Of a DNA stretch of 64,000 nucleotides, positions 61,229 to 64,000 are shown piece after piece. Within the stretch, counting starts at the first letter, position 1; every line of letters starts with the position of its first letter. The position numbers were made by a program, and so were the translations under genes. The notes beneath the pieces were generated by a model. The model made no database searches, had not been told where the DNA came from, and worked only from the letters and a program-made list of their open reading frames with translations. Source of the stretch: an uncultured Melioribacteraceae bacterium (GTDB lineage Bacteria; Bacteroidota; Ignavibacteria; Ignavibacteriales; Melioribacteraceae); contig CAZOZP010000004.1 in assembly GCA_964584325.1 (NCBI GenBank), forward strand, positions 3,559 through 67,558, given 5' to 3'.

Positions 61229-64000
61229 TCATTTGACCGAACCTTCAATGATTGCAATTTCCTCTTCGGTTAGGTCGTAGAGTTTGTAAACAAGTTGGTC
61301 AATTAGCTTTTCTAAATCACTCGTGTCGGTTTTGGGATCGGCTTTTTTGGTAGAGAGAATTTGATCGACATACCGTTCGATTTGATGAACGGTTGGCTGG
61401 TTTTCGGGGGTGATAGGGGGAATGGGGATTCCTTCGAAGAATATTTTACTTAATTCCCTTGTTCCACCTTGTAATTCTGGGCAATTTTCTTTTATCCATT
61501 TATAAGAAATTCTTGAATTAAAGTATCCAGTTAAGTATCTTAGACATTTTCCTGTAACTATAAAACATTTTTGATTCGTGTAAAAATTATTTGAATCAAA
61601 TAAAAATGGTAAATATTTTGTCATATTTGGATATATTATTTTCTCTTTCTCAAATTCTTCGTAATAACAAATCTGATCTTGAGTTTCAAACCATTTATTC
61701 CCAGTTTTCTTTCTTGAGGTTGTACCATCAGGTAATTTTTTACCTACTTGTTCTAAACGCTCTTTTCCAAAATCTAAAAGATATTTTTTAACAGCAGGAT
61801 ATTTGTCTATAACAATTTTTAATGCAGGAAAAATTGCAATAATCCAAAGCCCCGCCCATTCGTAACTGTACCGTTTTATATCTCTACCTCTGAGAATCGG
61901 CTTTAGAATCTCGGCACTCTTCGGGTCTTCGGCACAAAGCCGTTCCTTTGTAGGTGTATCAATAATAAAAGCTTCGTTCAAGCCGGTTAAAACACCACGA
62001 TAAATATTTACATCCCAATCTTTAAGCGGTTTGCCGATTCTTTCAATCTTTTCTTTCAGTTGCTGTTCGGCGTTACTGCCGATAAACCACGAGTCTTCAT
62101 TCAGATTGCTTAACAATACCGCACGCTCGTTTACAAATTTTGCAAGGTTATTATCCTTTGCCTTGCTGTCTAAAGTTACAGCAGACAGTTGTTTTTGATT
62201 TTTCTCATTTTGAATCAGCAATATATTCACATCCACAGTCGCATTTTCAAATACACCCGGACCGCAATCAATCAGCAATTCAGGATTATAAGAAATAAAA
62301 AACTTCCGCAGCGATTTTCCATAACCAGCCCGCATCCACTTATTGGAAGTAATAAAACATAGATGACCGCCGTTTTTTAAGGCTTTAAGTCCCATTTCAT
62401 AGAACAAGGCATAAATATCACCTGTTCGTTCAAAAGTTGCATACCCGCATTTTTTAAACATATCGGCAAGTTTACCGCCGTCTTTTTGAAGCTGCACATA
62501 CGGCGGATTCCCAATCACCACATCAAATCCATCCTCAATCCCGAACATCCATTCCGAGTCAAACCATCCGCTTGAAACATTCTGATTATACGGATCCCAG
62601 GATGCAAGCTGGCGCGCACTTTCATTGCCCCAGCCAGACCGCACAAGCAAAGCACCCATTTCTTCACGAATGCGCTGGTCTTCTTCGCGGAGTTTTCTTT
62701 TTGTTGCAGGTGTCTTGGCAGAAAACAAGCGATGGCGAATATCTTTCAATTTAATTTCCAGCGCTTGTACTTGCGGATTGTCAAAAAGACTCGCCTGTTC
62801 TTTTGGCTTTTCTATGCCAATCAATGTATTTGACGCAACAAATTTGGTTTCAAGGTTAGGAAGCGGGCGAATGCCGAAGTTATTATGTTCATCGTTGGCA
62901 AGGATGCCGACGGTACATTTCTGGTCAACAATCAAAGATATAAAAAAACGGAGTTTGCTGATTTGTGTTGCGATGGGCTGAATATCCACGCCGTAAATAC
63001 AGTTCTCAATCAGATAAAGCTTCCGTCCATAATCAAGTTCGTTACTTTCAAACGCCTTTTCAATATCATCAATCAATTTGTCCCGAATTTCAGAATCGTC
63101 TATTGCCTGTGCCTTTTTAATCTGCCTTTCTTTCCAAAGTTTATTGTTCGGGTCAAGCTTATGAAGAATATGAACCAACTTATGGAGTATCCCCATAGGG
63201 AAAGCGCCGGAACCGCAAGCAGGGTCGAGAATTTTACAGTTATCAATAGCATTGATAAGAACTTTAGTTTCTTCTTCGTTAAATGGATTTTGATTTTCAG
63301 AATAGGAGATAAGATCACTCAAACGCTCTTCAAAAAGCTCCCCTCCTGAAAAGGAGGGGTGGCAGACGAAGTCTGACGGGGTGGTTGTTGTTTCTCGTGC
63401 AAACTCTTTTTTTACTGTATCCAAAAGCCATTCAACATTTTCAAAAACAACTTTATTTTCAAATCTTAAAACTTTTATACCTGTAGCCTGAAGAAATATA
63501 TCTCTTTCCCGATCATATTCTGCTTGAACAACATTATTGTGAACTTCACCATCCAATTCAATTGCAAGTTTTTCCGATGGACAATAAAAATCAAGAATGT
63601 AATTAGCTACACTGTGTTGTCGTCTGAACTTACGCCCTCCGATTTGCGAATTTTGTAAATATGTCCAGAGCTTTGCTTCTGCCGGCGTTAAATTATTTCG
63701 TAGTTTTTTGCGAAATGTTTTTAAATGAGGCAGGTTGTTAATTTTAACCACCCCGCCGCTTTGCGACACCCCTCCTTGAAAAGGAGGGGAACTTTTTTCA
63801 AGTTTCTGTTTTAAATAAGCCTTTAACGATTCATCAACCATATAATTGACGATTTCACGGGGCGTATAAAAACTGCCGGTCTGTTTTCGTGCGGTGGTTT
63901 TGGTTTCGGGATTGTAACTTGCAAGTAGGTTTTCAAAAACACGACCTAAAAGTTCAGGATCAAGAGCAATATCTTCTTCAATAGGTGTGTTTTCTGTAAC
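61229..64000 (-). CDS. PglX/Eco57I-type (type IIG-like) N6-adenine DNA methyltransferase with specificity domain, 5'-truncated by the window edge, carrying an in-frame DUF559 insertion
   Basis: The reading frame stays open upstream of the tracked ATG. 64000-63842 translates to ...ELLGRVFENLLASYNPETKTTARKQTGSFYTPREIVNYMVDESL. Downstream are ILDPACGSGAFP (motif I), VIGNPPYVQL (motif IV), FITSNKWMRAGYGKSLRKF and a TRD-like C-terminus. Confidence 0.85.
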   Translation of the reverse strand, partial: VTENTPIEEDIALDPELLGRVFENLLASYNPETKTTARKQTGSFYTPREIVNYMVDESLKAYLKQKLEKSSPPFQGGVSQSGGVVKINNLPHLKTFRKKLRNNLTPAEAKLWTYLQNSQIGGRKFRRQHSVANYILDFYCPSEKLAIELDGEVHNNVVQAEYDRERDIFLQATGIKVLRFENKVVFENVEWLLDTVKKEFARETTTTPSDFVCHPSFSGGELFEERLSDLISYSENQNPFNEEETKVLINAIDNCKILDPACGSGAFPMGILHKLVHILHKLDPNNKLWKERQIKKAQAIDDSEIRDKLIDDIEKAFESNELDYGRKLYLIENCIYGVDIQPIATQISKLRFFISLIVDQKCTVGILANDEHNNFGIRPLPNLETKFVASNTLIGIEKPKEQASLFDNPQVQALEIKLKDIRHRLFSAKTPATKRKLREEDQRIREEMGALLVRSGWGNESARQLASWDPYNQNVSSGWFDSEWMFGIEDGFDVVIGNPPYVQLQKDGGKLADMFKKCGYATFERTGDIYALFYEMGLKALKNGGHLCFITSNKWMRAGYGKSLRKFFISYNPELLIDCGPGVFENATVDVNILLIQNEKNQKQLSAVTLDSKAKDNNLAKFVNERAVLLSNLNEDSWFIGSNAEQQLKEKIERIGKPLKDWDVNIYRGVLTGLNEAFIIDTPTKERLCAEDPKSAEILKPILRGRDIKRYSYEWAGLWIIAIFPALKIVIDKYPAVKKYLLDFGKERLEQVGKKLPDGTTSRKKTGNKWFETQDQICYYEEFEKEKIIYPNMTKYLPFLFDSNNFYTNQKCFIVTGKCLRYLTGYFNSRISYKWIKENCPELQGGTRELSKIFFEGIPIPPITPENQPTVHQIERYVDQILSTKKADPKTDTSDLEKLIDQLVYKLYDLTEEEIAIIEGSVK
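63340..63789 (-). mobile_element. DUF559 (Vsr-fold endonuclease-like) cassette bounded by hairpin-forming terminal inverted repeats, inserted in frame in the methyltransferase gene
   Basis: Core reads LTPAEAKLWTYLQNSQIGGRKFRRQHSVANYILDFYCPSEKLAIELDGEVH...KVLRFEN, the DUF559 signature. Ends are CCCCTCCT-loop-AGGAGGGGTG-(small hairpin)-GGGGTGG at 63340-63384 and the reverse complement at 63747-63789. No Met codon inside the cassette. Confidence 0.7.

Noticed and set aside
61229-64000. Calling the methyltransferase a BREX type 1 pglX
   Set aside because: The expected downstream pglZ/brxL genes are absent; a convergent core gene follows after 235 bp. The family cannot be separated from type IIG enzymes using the visible part alone.

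Overview
AT-rich bacterial chromosome segment (standard code; gene content suggests the Ignavibacteria/Bacteroidota-Chlorobi group, which is inference only). It is centred on the replication origin. dnaA-dnaN-recF-DUF721-gyrB-gyrA lie on the minus strand at 18.3-27.1 kb, with DnaA-box clusters on both sides of dnaA. Dominant gene orientation switches at that point. Two perfect tandem parS sites sit upstream of mnmG at 45.2 kb. Most of the rest is housekeeping: typA (partial), fbaA, an M16 peptidase pair, a GH13 amylase, nadBCA, clpB, mnmE/mnmG/rsmG, murQ, rlmD, trpB and ispG. No rRNA, tRNA, CRISPR array, integrase or prophage was seen.

Items most worth follow-up:
1. The right edge (61.2-64.0 kb) carries the 3' part of a large PglX/type IIG-like N6-adenine DNA methyltransferase. 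A DUF559 (Vsr-fold endonuclease-like) module of about 450 bp is inserted in frame between the FYTPREIV and DPACGSGAF motifs. It is bounded by about 45-bp hairpin-forming terminal inverted repeats.
2. 16-18 bp palindromes (TGTGAAACGTTTCACA type) in oriC sit at a fixed distance from extended DnaA boxes.
3. A standalone SIR2-like gene lies next to a PadR-like regulator and an atypical methyltransferase.
4. A catalytic M16 peptidase gene is broken by a single in-frame TAA.
5. A three-gene pseudopilin-like operon has non-canonical leader peptides.
6. One ORF fuses an acyl-AMP ligase, a carrier domain and a PlsC acyltransferase.

All functional calls come from reading the translated ORFs and motifs by eye. 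No database search was run.
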